Source: Propionibacterium ruminifibrarum (lineage in GTDB: Bacteria; Actinomycetota; Actinomycetes; Propionibacteriales; Propionibacteriaceae). From it: 32,000 bases of DNA. Below the pieces are notes generated by a model that saw nothing but the letters and a program-made list of their open reading frames with translations, searched no databases and was not told where the DNA came from. The stretch is taken from the NCBI RefSeq assembly GCF_900289195.1, contig NZ_OMOH01000005.1, positions 60,001 to 92,000 on the forward strand. Direction: 5' to 3'. The translations under genes were made by a program, and so were the position numbers. Positions 23,603 to 32,000 of the stretch are shown piece by piece; within the stretch, counting starts at the first letter, position 1, and the number at the start of each line of letters is the position of its first letter.

Positions 23603-24994
23603 ATGACACCGCGCAGTGCGTCCGCCCATGAGCCGGCCCGTGACGAGGGGCTGCGGCGCGAACTGAAGAACCGGCACATCCAGTTGATCGCCCTGGGCGG
23701 GGCGATCGGCACGGGCCTGTTCTACGGTTCGACGGAGTCGATCGGGCAGGCCGGCCCGGCCATCATGATCTGCTACCTCGTCGGCGGGGCGATCATCTTC
23801 CTGGTGATGCGCGCCCTCGGCGAGATGAGCGTCCACACCCCCACCTCGGGGGCCTTCAGCTACTACGCCTACCAGAACTGGAGCCCCCGGGCCGGGTTCG
23901 TGTCGGGCTGGAACTACTGGTTCAACTACATCGGCGTGCAGATGGCCGAACTGACCGTCGTCGGCACGTACATGCAGTTCTGGTTCGACTCCCTGCCCGC
24001 CTGGGTGAGCGCCGCCGTGTTCCTCGTGGTCATCACCCTCGTCAACCTCGTGACGGTCAGGGCCTACGGCGAGATCGAGTTCTGGCTGGCCATCATCAAG
24101 GTCGTGGCGATCGTCGCCACGATCGTCGGCGGCACCCTCATCATCTGCACGGGCATCGGCAACGGGGGACGCCCGGTCGGCATCTCGAACATGTGGACGC
24201 ACGGCGGTTTCTTCCCGCACGGGGTCACCGGCATGCTCATGGGACTGGTCGTGGTGATGTTCAGCTTCGGAGGCGTCGAACTCATCGGCATCACCGCCGG
24301 CGAGGCCGACGACCCGCGCAGGACCATCCCGCGGGCCATCAACCAGGTCGTCTACCGCATCCTCATCTTCTACATCGGCACCATCGCCGTCGTCGTCGCA
24401 TTGTTCCCCTGGGACCAGCTGGGCGACTCCGCCAGCCCGCTCGTGACGATCTTCTCCGGCCTGGGCATCTCCACCGCCGCCCACATCCTCAACTTCGTGG
24501 TGCTCACCGCTGCCGTCTCGGCGTACAACTCGGGCCTGTACTCGAATGGGCGGATGCTCTACTCGCTGGCCCGCCAGCACAACGCGCCGGCGGTGCTGGC
24601 CCGCACGAACCGCTTCGGCTCGCCCCATGTGGGGGTGCTCGTCTCGTCGGGGGTCACCGCCATCGCGGTGCTGCTCACCTACCTGTTCCCCGGCACGGTC
24701 TTCCGCTACGTCATGTCGGTCACGACGATCGCCGCCGTCATCAACTGGACGATGATCGTCATCACGAACATGAAGTTCCATGCCCGCATGAGGGCCACCG
24801 GCGAGTCCTCGGCCGGCTTCACGATGCCCGGCCACCCCTGGACCGGCTGGCTCGTGCTCGCCTTCATGGCGATGCTCGTCGTGCTCATGGCCCTCAGCCC
24901 CGGCTACCGCATCGCGATCGTCGTCGGGCCGATCTGGCTGATCATCCTGCTCGTCGCCTACCAGGTCAGGGCGAAGGCGCCGTCCGGTGAGTGA
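23603..24994 (+). CDS. amino acid permease (APC superfamily, AAT family), paralog 1
   Basis: An in-frame ATG at 23603 lies 8 nt after the pth stop. LKNRHIQLIALGGAIGTGLFYGS...AGPA...GEMS and FSFGGVELIGITAGEADDP are signatures of the AroP/CycA/AnsP-type permease family. There are 12 TM segments. The track ORF start at 22925 overlaps pth and was rejected. Confidence 0.9.
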   Translation: MTPRSASAHEPARDEGLRRELKNRHIQLIALGGAIGTGLFYGSTESIGQAGPAIMICYLVGGAIIFLVMRALGEMSVHTPTSGAFSYYAYQNWSPRAGFVSGWNYWFNYIGVQMAELTVVGTYMQFWFDSLPAWVSAAVFLVVITLVNLVTVRAYGEIEFWLAIIKVVAIVATIVGGTLIICTGIGNGGRPVGISNMWTHGGFFPHGVTGMLMGLVVVMFSFGGVELIGITAGEADDPRRTIPRAINQVVYRILIFYIGTIAVVVALFPWDQLGDSASPLVTIFSGLGISTAAHILNFVVLTAAVSAYNSGLYSNGRMLYSLARQHNAPAVLARTNRFGSPHVGVLVSSGVTAIAVLLTYLFPGTVFRYVMSVTTIAAVINWTMIVITNMKFHARMRATGESSAGFTMPGHPWTGWLVLAFMAMLVVLMALSPGYRIAIVVGPIWLIILLVAYQVRAKAPSGE

Positions 24995-26363
24995 ACAGGG
25001 GACCGCCGCAGCCGGCGGCGGGCTGCGCCGCGGCCTGAAGAACCGGCACATCCAGTTGATCGCCCTGGGCGGGGCGATCGGCACGGGCCTGTTCTACGGT
25101 TCGGGGGAGTCGATCGGGCAGGCCGGCCCGGCCATCATCGCCTGCTACCTCGTCGGCGGGGCGATCATCTTCCTCATCATGAGGGCCCTCGGCGAGATGA
25201 GCGTCCACCGGCCACGCCCCGGATCGTTCAGCGACTACGCTTACGAGTACTGGAGCCCCCGGGCCGGTTTCGTGGCCGGCTGGAACTACTGGTTCAACTA
25301 CCTCGTCGTGTCGATGACCGAGCTGTCGGTGGTGGGGGAGTACGTCCAGTTCTGGGCACCGCAGGTGCCCACCTGGGTGAGTTCGGCGGTCTTCCTCGTG
25401 GTCATCACGGCGCTCAACCTCGTCACGGTGAAGGCCTACGGCGAGATCGAGTTCTGGCTGGCCCTGATCAAGGTGGTGACCATCGTCGCCATGATCCTCG
25501 GCGGCCTGCTGCTCATCTTCACAGGCCTAGGCGGCCGGCCGATCGGCGTGTCGAACCTGTGGAGCCATGGTGGTTTCGTGCCGAACGGCATGCCCGGCGT
25601 CCTCCTGGGACTGGTGGTCGTCATGTTCAGTTTCGGCGGCGTCGAACTCATCGGCATCACCGCCGGCGAGGCCGACGACCCCGGCCGTACGATCCCCAGA
25701 GCGGTCAACGGGGTCGTCTACCGCATCCTCATCTTCTACGTCGGCACCATCACCGTCATGGTGGCGTTGTTCCCATGGGACCAGCTGGGCAGCACCGGCA
25801 GCCCGCTCGTGACGATCTTCTCCAGGCTCGGCATCGCCGGCGCCGCCCACGTCCTCAACTTCGTGGTGCTCACCGCGGCAGTCTCGGCGTTCAACTCGTT
25901 CCTGTACTCGAACGGGCGCATGATGTACTCGCTGGCCCTGCAGGGCAACGCCCCCGAGTTCCTGGCGCGCACCAACCGTCTCGGCTCCCCGTACGCCGGC
26001 GTGCTCGTCTCCGCCCTGTGCACGGGAACGACGGTGCTGCTCAACTACCTGTTCCCCGAAGGCGTCTTCGTCTACATCATGGCCGTCGCGACGATCGCCG
26101 TCGTGGTCACCTGGGTGCTCATCCTCCTCACCCACATCAAGTTCCGCGCCGGCCTCGACCGCACCGGCGGGAAGACCACCTTCCCCATGCCCGGCCACCC
26201 GGTGACCAGTCATGTCGCCCTGGCCTTCCTGGCCCTCATCGTCGTGCTGCTCGGCTTCAGCCCCAGCTACCAGGTCGCCCTGATCGTGGGGCCCGCCTGG
26301 CTGGCGGTGCTGCTCGTCGCCTACGAGGTCAAGCGGCGCCTGGCGGCTAGGGCGCGCGGGTGA
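24987..26363 (+). CDS. amino acid permease (APC superfamily, AAT family), paralog 2
   Basis: This gene has the same family motifs and is roughly 70% identical to paralog 1 by eye. The GTG at 24987 overlaps the paralog-1 stop (TGA at 24992-24994). Confidence 0.9.
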   Translation: MSEQGTAAAGGGLRRGLKNRHIQLIALGGAIGTGLFYGSGESIGQAGPAIIACYLVGGAIIFLIMRALGEMSVHRPRPGSFSDYAYEYWSPRAGFVAGWNYWFNYLVVSMTELSVVGEYVQFWAPQVPTWVSSAVFLVVITALNLVTVKAYGEIEFWLALIKVVTIVAMILGGLLLIFTGLGGRPIGVSNLWSHGGFVPNGMPGVLLGLVVVMFSFGGVELIGITAGEADDPGRTIPRAVNGVVYRILIFYVGTITVMVALFPWDQLGSTGSPLVTIFSRLGIAGAAHVLNFVVLTAAVSAFNSFLYSNGRMMYSLALQGNAPEFLARTNRLGSPYAGVLVSALCTGTTVLLNYLFPEGVFVYIMAVATIAVVVTWVLILLTHIKFRAGLDRTGGKTTFPMPGHPVTSHVALAFLALIVVLLGFSPSYQVALIVGPAWLAVLLVAYEVKRRLAARARG

Positions 26364-26509
26364 TGCCGGTTCCGGCCGGCACCTCGAAGCGTCCACTGCA
26401 GCAGGCCGGTCCCGGCCGTTCTCGGAACCGGCCGACGGGGCCGGTCGCGTCCGGTCAGGCCCAGCACGGGCGGCCCGGTCTCGTCGGCCGGGCCGCCTAG
26501 TATTGACGG

Positions 26510-29500
26510 GTGATTCTCTCCGGCCTGCTCGACGCTGTCCTCTCCGAACCCGGCATGGCCGACGTCCTGCGACAGGCAGAGGCGGGAGTGGACGTCCTCG
26601 ACGTCACCGGTCCCGCCTCCGTGCGTCCGCTGCTCGCCGCCGGTCTCGCCGAGCGGACCAGCCGGCCCGTGCTGCTGGTCACCTCGACGTTCCGCGAGGC
26701 CGAGCAGGTGCTCGAACAGGTGGCCGGCCTGCTCGGCGAGGACCGCGTCGCCTACTACCCGGCGTGGGAGACCCTGCCGCACGAACGCCTCAGCCCGCGC
26801 TCGGAGACCGTCGGCCGCCGCCTGACGGTGCTTCGCCGCCTGGCCGGCAAGGACGAGGCGCCCGCGCCGGCCGTCGTCGTCGCACCCGTCCGCGCCCTCC
26901 TCCAGCCCCAGGTCAAGGGGCTGTCCGATCTCGCCCCCGTGCGCCTGCGGGCCGGTCAGGACTACGAGCTGGGCGCCCTCGAGGCCGACCTGGTCGCCGC
27001 CGCCTACAGCAGGGTCGACCTCGTCGAGCGCCGCGGCGAGTTCGCGGTGCGCGGCGGTATCGTCGACATCTTCGCCCCCACCTACGACCACCCGGTCCGC
27101 GTCGACTTCTTCGGCGACACCATCGACGAGATGCGCTCCTTCACCGTCGCCGACCAGCGCTCCACCGACGAGACCCTCGACGAGTTCTGCGCAGCGCCGT
27201 GCCGCGAGCTGCTCATCACGCCGCAGGTGCAGTCCCGCGCCGCAGCCCTGGTCGACGCCCACCCCGAGCTGTCCGAGATGCTCACCAGGATCGCCCAGGG
27301 CCAGACCTGCGAGGGCATGGAGGCCCTCACCCCGGCTCTCGTGCCCGAGCTCGAACTGCTCACCGACGCGATGCCCGCCGACACGGTGGTCCTCGTCGCC
27401 GACCCCGAACTCGTCCGCACCCGGGCCGACGAGCTCGTGCGCACCAGCCAGGAGTTCCTGCACGCCTCGTGGGCCGCCGCGGCATCCGGCGGTCGCGCCC
27501 CCATCGACCTGGCGGCCTCCGCCTACCGCGAGCTCGACCAGGTGCGCGCCGGGGTCCTCGACCGCGGACAGGCCTGGTGGGGCCTGTCGGCCTTCGCCGC
27601 GGCCCCCGGCCCGGACGGTGCCGCGGCTCGGGACCCCGCCGGGCCGGCGGCCCCGACCGGTGCCATCCGCCTCGGCGTCGAGACCGTCCCCACCTGGCGC
27701 GGGGACACGCAGGCCGTCATGGACGCCATCCGCGCCGACCTGGCCGACGGCTGGCGCGTCGTCCTGTCCGTCGAGGGCAGGGGACTGGCCCGGCGCATGA
27801 ACGAACTGCTCACCGACAACGACCTCGGCTCCCACGTCGCCACGGAGCTGACCGAGGAGCCGCGGCCCGGTGAGGTGACGATCATCACCTCGCCGTTGCG
27901 CCACGGCCTGCGCGCCCCGGCCATCGAGCTGACGCTCATCGCCAACGGCGACCTGTCGAGCCAGCCGCACGCCGAACGGGGCTCCCGGCGCATGCCGGCC
28001 CGCCGCAAGAACCAGGTGCAGCCGCTCGACCTGAAGCCAGGCGACCCGCTCGTCCACGAGCAGCACGGGGTGGGGCGCTTCGTCGAGATGACCCAGCGCA
28101 CCGTCGGCGGCGCCACCCGCGAGTACATGGTCATCGAGTACGCGCCCTCCAAACGCGGCCAGCCCGGCGACCGCCTCTACCTGCCGATGGACCAGCTCGA
28201 CCAGGTCACCCGCTACGTCGGCGGCGAGACCCCCAGCCTCGACAAGATGGGCGGCGCCGACTGGAAGCAGCGCAAGAGCCGCGCCAGGCGGGCCGTGAAG
28301 CAGATCGCGGCCGGCCTCATCAAGCTCTACGCGGCCCGGCAGGCCACCCGCGGTCACGCCTTCGGCCCGGACACGCCCTGGCAGCGGGAGATGGAGGACG
28401 CCTTCGCCTACACCGAGACGCCCGACCAGCTGGCCTGCATCAACGACGTCAAGCACGACATGGAGCAGATCGTCCCGATGGACCGGCTGGTCAGCGGCGA
28501 CGTCGGCTACGGCAAGACCGAGATCGCCGTGCGTGCCGCCTTCAAGGCGGTGCAGGACGGCAAACAGGTGGCCGTCCTCGTGCCCACCACCCTGCTCGTC
28601 CAGCAGCACGCGCAGACCTTCACCGACCGCTACGCCGGCTTCCCCGTCGTCGTCGAGCAGCTGAGCCGCTTCCAGACCGACCAGCAGATCGCCAGGACGA
28701 TCGAGGGCCTGGCCTCGGGCCGCGTCGACGTCGTCATCGGGACCCATCGCCTGCTGTCCGACGCGATCACGTTCAAGGACCTCGGCCTGGTCATCATCGA
28801 CGAGGAACAGCGGTTCGGGGTCGAGCACAAGGAGGCCCTCAAGAAGCTGCGGGTGAACGTCGACGTCCTGTCGATGAGCGCAACCCCGATCCCGCGCACC
28901 CTCGAGATGGCGGTCACCGGCATCCGGGAGATGAGCACCATCGCCACCCCGCCGGAGGAACGCCACCCGGTGCTCACCTTCGCCGGCCCCTACGACGAGG
29001 GACAGGTGGTCGCCGCCATCCGCCGCGAACTCGCCCGCGAGGGCCAGGTCTTCTTCGTCCACAACCGCGTGCAGGACATCGACCGCATCGCCGCCCGCAT
29101 CCGCGACCTGGTGCCCGAGGCTCGCGTCACCACCGCCCACGGTCAGATGAGTGAGAAGCAGCTCGAGCAGGTCATGATCGACTTCTGGCAGCGCCGCGCC
29201 GACGTGCTCGTGTGCACGACGATCGTCGAGGCTGGCCTGGACATCTCCACGGCCAACACCCTCATCGTCGACCGCGCCGACCACCTGGGTCTGTCGCAGC
29301 TGCACCAGCTGCGCGGACGCGTCGGCCGGGGCCGTGAACGCGGCTACGCCTACTTCCTCTACCCGCCCGAGAAGCCGCTGACGACCACGGCCCACGACAG
29401 GCTGGCCGCCCTGGCGAGCAACGCAGACCTGGGCGCCGGCATGGCCATCGCCATGAAGGACCTCGAGATCCGCGGCGCCGGCAACCTGCTCGGCGACGAG

Positions 29501-30130
29501 CAGTCGGGGCACATCGCCGACGTCGGCTTCGACCTGTACCTGCGCCTGGTGGGTGAGGCCGTCGCGGAGTTCAAGGCCGGCGGACCGGTCGAGACCGAGC
29601 AGGCGATGCGCATCGAACTGCCCATCGACGCCCACCTCCCCGTCGACTACGTCGACTCCGAGCGCCTGCGGCTGGACATCTACAAACGCATCGCCGAGGT
29701 CCGCTCCGCCGAGGACATCGCGGCCCTGCGCGCCGAACTCGTCGACCGCTACGGACCGCTGCCGCGCCAGGGCGAGCTGCTGCTCACCGTCGCGGCCTTC
29801 CGGCTGTTGTGCCGCAGCGTCGGGATCACCGAGGTGATGGCCCAGGGCAACCAGATCCGCTTCGCCCCGCTGGTGGGGCGCCACGGGCCCGACGGCAGCG
29901 AGCTCGCCCTGCCCGACAGCCGCCGGGTGCGGCTCGAGCGCCTCTACCCGGGGACGGTCATCAAGCACGCGTCCAACATGCTGCTCGTCCCCGCCCCCAG
30001 GACCGCTCCGATCGGCGGGCGCATGGTCGACGACGAGGAACTCATCGCCTGGGCCACCGGTTTCGTCACCGCGATCTTCGCCCCCGACGAGCCGCGCGCC
30101 GCTGTCGGGTCTGTCAGAGGAACGGTGTAA
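26510..30130 (+). CDS. mfd: transcription-repair coupling factor
   Basis: This is a 1206-aa ORF. It has a CarD-like domain ([14 protein letters not shown]), helicase motifs ([49 protein letters not shown]) and a TRCF C-terminal domain. Confidence 0.95.
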   Translation: MILSGLLDAVLSEPGMADVLRQAEAGVDVLDVTGPASVRPLLAAGLAERTSRPVLLVTSTFREAEQVLEQVAGLLGEDRVAYYPAWETLPHERLSPRSETVGRRLTVLRRLAGKDEAPAPAVVVAPVRALLQPQVKGLSDLAPVRLRAGQDYELGALEADLVAAAYSRVDLVERRGEFAVRGGIVDIFAPTYDHPVRVDFFGDTIDEMRSFTVADQRSTDETLDEFCAAPCRELLITPQVQSRAAALVDAHPELSEMLTRIAQGQTCEGMEALTPALVPELELLTDAMPADTVVLVADPELVRTRADELVRTSQEFLHASWAAAASGGRAPIDLAASAYRELDQVRAGVLDRGQAWWGLSAFAAAPGPDGAAARDPAGPAAPTGAIRLGVETVPTWRGDTQAVMDAIRADLADGWRVVLSVEGRGLARRMNELLTDNDLGSHVATELTEEPRPGEVTIITSPLRHGLRAPAIELTLIANGDLSSQPHAERGSRRMPARRKNQVQPLDLKPGDPLVHEQHGVGRFVEMTQRTVGGATREYMVIEYAPSKRGQPGDRLYLPMDQLDQVTRYVGGETPSLDKMGGADWKQRKSRARRAVKQIAAGLIKLYAARQATRGHAFGPDTPWQREMEDAFAYTETPDQLACINDVKHDMEQIVPMDRLVSGDVGYGKTEIAVRAAFKAVQDGKQVAVLVPTTLLVQQHAQTFTDRYAGFPVVVEQLSRFQTDQQIARTIEGLASGRVDVVIGTHRLLSDAITFKDLGLVIIDEEQRFGVEHKEALKKLRVNVDVLSMSATPIPRTLEMAVTGIREMSTIATPPEERHPVLTFAGPYDEGQVVAAIRRELAREGQVFFVHNRVQDIDRIAARIRDLVPEARVTTAHGQMSEKQLEQVMIDFWQRRADVLVCTTIVEAGLDISTANTLIVDRADHLGLSQLHQLRGRVGRGRERGYAYFLYPPEKPLTTTAHDRLAALASNADLGAGMAIAMKDLEIRGAGNLLGDEQSGHIADVGFDLYLRLVGEAVAEFKAGGPVETEQAMRIELPIDAHLPVDYVDSERLRLDIYKRIAEVRSAEDIAALRAELVDRYGPLPRQGELLLTVAAFRLLCRSVGITEVMAQGNQIRFAPLVGRHGPDGSELALPDSRRVRLERLYPGTVIKHASNMLLVPAPRTAPIGGRMVDDEELIAWATGFVTAIFAPDEPRAAVGSVRGTV

Positions 30131-30509
30131 GTGGCCCGATTGCCCGTTGGGGCAGAGAAGCCATGTTGACCGAGATCGCTACCGGCGCTGTCGAGCTCGT
30201 CGAGGGATTAGCCGGAGAGGATACCGTGCTCGAGCAGCTTCATCCTCATCACCTGAGTTGGCCGAGTTGGATAAGGCCCAGCGAGAGACGATTGCCGAGC
30301 TGGTGCGTCAGTGGCAAGGACGCTGGTATGGTCTTTACCGGTCCCGGGCGGGCTGTATGCAGGCGTTGACCGCTCAAGTGGTTGAGGCCACCTCGGGCGT
30401 GTTTGAAAGTACTGTGTTAAGGGTGTGCTTGTGAGTGTGTCGGTGTTGGTTGGGGGGCTCCCGTCTGGACGGGTTTGGTGTCGAATCGCTCCTATCTTCA
30501 CCGGGAGGG

Positions 30510-30857
30510 TTATTCAAAACTGTTTTTGTAGAATTCTGGTGCGATGATTGCTGTGATGGTTTGTGGGAGGGTGTGGATGGGCCTGCGGTAGCCGGTGTGG
30601 AGTGTCTTCCAGGTTTTCAGGTGGGCGATTGCTCGTTCGACTGGGGCTCGTAATGAATTGGTGGCGTGGTTGTATTGTTTCTGCCAGTCTGTGAGCTCGC
30701 CGCCTAGTGGTTTGCGTATCGGGGTTGTCATGCCCAGCCCGGTGTAGCCCTTGTCACCCAGTGGTGGGGTGTCCGGGAAGCCGTCAAGAAAACCCGTGGA
30801 TTGGATGGCTTTCGCGTCGTGGGTCGATCCGGGGGGTGTCCCTATGTTTCTTGTCAA
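30510..30857 (-). pseudogene. C-terminal fragment of a DDE_Tnp_4 (Harbinger/PIF-like, IS5-type) transposase
   Basis: PPGSTHDAKAIQSTGFLDGF...LGDKGYTGLGMTTPIRKP.GGELTDWQKQYNHATNSLRAPVERAIAHLKTWKTL matches the distal part of that family (PGSxHD ... DxGY ... N...S..R..VE..ia.LK.W.iL). The N-terminal half carrying the first catalytic Asp is absent. The fragment starts (TTG) exactly where the IS110 transposase ORF ends. Confidence 0.7.
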
Positions 30858-32000
30858 GCGGCGAGGGGTGTTGGGGCTGGTTTGGGTGTCTGGTAGGTTT
30901 CTTGGTTCTTGATCATGGCGAACAAGACGTCACAGCGGCGGCGGGATAGACAGATCAGGGCTGCGTTGTGTTTTTTGCCTTGGGCTCGTTTGCGGTCGTA
31001 GTAGGCCCGTGAGACGGGGTCTGCTCTCAGCGCGGCGAAGGCTGACAGGAACAGGGCTCGTTTGAGGTGTTTGTTGCCTGACCGGGCGGGGAACTCGCCG
31101 CGGATACTGGTCCCTGAACGACGGGTGATGGGGGCGAGTCCGGCGTAGGCGGCAAGGTGTCCAGCGGTCGGGAACTGTGAGGCGTCACCGACGTCGAGCA
31201 GGATCCGCGCTGCGGTCCTGACCCCGACGCCTGGCATCGAGATCAGGACCTCGGCAAGAGGGTGAGCATCAACAACCTTCTCGACCTGGCTGGCGAGCTC
31301 GGCCCGCTGGTCCAGGACCTGGCGCAGGGATGCCGCCAACTTGGGTAGGACCTGCTCGGCTGCAGCCGTCCCGGCGACGACAACGGTCTGTTCTGCCAGC
31401 GCTGTGGTGATCGCGTTGGCGAAGTCGGCCGCGCCGCGCGGGTTGGCCTTGTTGATCACTCGAAGCATGCGGCTTTTCGACGCGGCTGTCATGCCTTGAG
31501 GCCCGCCGAGTTGCTCGATGACGGCCAGGCCTTGCTTGGTGGCCAGCCTGGGCCCGATGACGCGTTCTAGTGCGGGATGGATTTGTGTCAGCAGGCCGCG
31601 GATACGGTTCGACAAGCGAGTCGCTTCGGCGGCGAGGTCCTCGTCAAAGCCGACCAGTACCTTCAACTCCGCCAAAGTGTCCTCACCGGCATCGACGCGA
31701 CGTAGTGTGTGGGGCATGCTCCGGGCGGTCTCGGCGATGACGAACGCGTCACGGGCATCGGTCTTCACGTTGCCTGGGTAGAGGTCGGCTGCGCGGCGCA
31801 TCGCCAGCCCTGGAAGATAGGCGACAGTGATGCCCATCGACCTGGCGACCGCGATTGGTAACGCGCCGATCGTGTTGGGCTGATCAACGATCACCAACAT
31901 CTGGCCAAGGCCCTCAAGGCGGGTGAACAGTTCCTCCAAGCGCTTCTGGTCTTGTGGCAGGGGCTTGTCGAACACTCGTCTGCCAGCAGCATCCAGAGCG
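30854..32000 (-). mobile_element. IS110-family insertion sequence; transposase ORF, N-terminus beyond the window edge
   Basis: The minus-strand frame stays open past the listed Met to the window edge (..ALDAAGRRVFDKPLPQ..). VIVDQPNTIGALP...KTDARDAFVIAE is the DEDD_Tnp_IS110 domain. MPGVGVRTAARILLDVGDASQFPTAGHLAAYAGLAPITRRSGTSIRGEFPARSGNKHLKRALFLSAF...YYDRKRAQGKKHNAALICLSRRR is the Transposase_20 domain. Confidence 0.9.

Noticed and set aside
26321-29968. 1215-aa ORF on the minus strand spanning nearly all of mfd
   Set aside because: It is antisense to an unambiguous mfd gene. Its translation is low-complexity and rich in Gly, Ala, Arg, Asp and Val, with no family motifs. This is a typical stop-codon-poor shadow ORF in ~70% GC DNA.
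30147-30434. 95-aa ORF as an intact gene downstream of mfd
   Set aside because: The first half is highly basic and low-complexity (RDRYRRCRARRGISRRGYRARAASSSS). The plausible-looking parts lie in two different frames. I treat it as a decayed remnant and report it only as a low-interest finding.
1-32000. CRISPR arrays, rRNA genes, known defence or toxin-antitoxin modules
   Set aside because: I saw no regularly spaced direct repeats with unique spacers, no rRNA-like sequence and no recognisable cas, restriction-modification or TA gene pairs on either strand.

Overview
This is a high-GC (~70% or more) actinobacterial chromosomal segment, almost fully coding. The gene order follows the conserved neighbourhood known from Mycobacterium tuberculosis Rv1002c-Rv1020 (recalled from memory): pmt / rsmI-tatD-rsmA(ksgA)-ispE ... 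TetR ... tRNA-Gln-glmU-prs ... rplY-pth ... mfd. Accessory genes are interleaved. The left end carries a glucuronide pair on the minus strand (GPH-family transporter, then GH2 beta-glucuronidase uidA, which is cut by the window edge and absent from the ORF track), followed by rarD, an NCS2 nucleobase permease and pmt. A cytoplasmic GH95 glycosidase and a ~1.8 kb low-GC island (~9778-11575) sit between pmt and rsmI. The island has one long ORF for an orphan 6-TM protein that I cannot place in any family, and no mobility genes. This island is the most unusual object in the window. Its AT-rich DNA now forms the whole upstream region and the first codons of the tightly coupled rsmI-tatD-rsmA-ispE operon. 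Other notable items are listed below.
- An E. coli/archaeal-type aspartate carbamoyltransferase catalytic chain has no pyrI and lies outside a pyr operon. It sits upstream of a TetR gene and a DUF2330 gene.
- Two tandem amino-acid permease paralogs lie between pth and mfd and share a 69-nt identical tract.
- The tRNA-Gln(UUG) has atypical spacing in my hand fold.
- A decayed mobile-element patch follows mfd: an IS110-family transposase abuts a truncated DDE_Tnp_4-type transposase fragment.

I saw no CRISPR array, rRNA or known defence system. Many long ORFs in the supplied track are antisense shadow ORFs typical of high-GC DNA and were rejected. All calls rest on reading the sequence and recalled family motifs. 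No searches were run.
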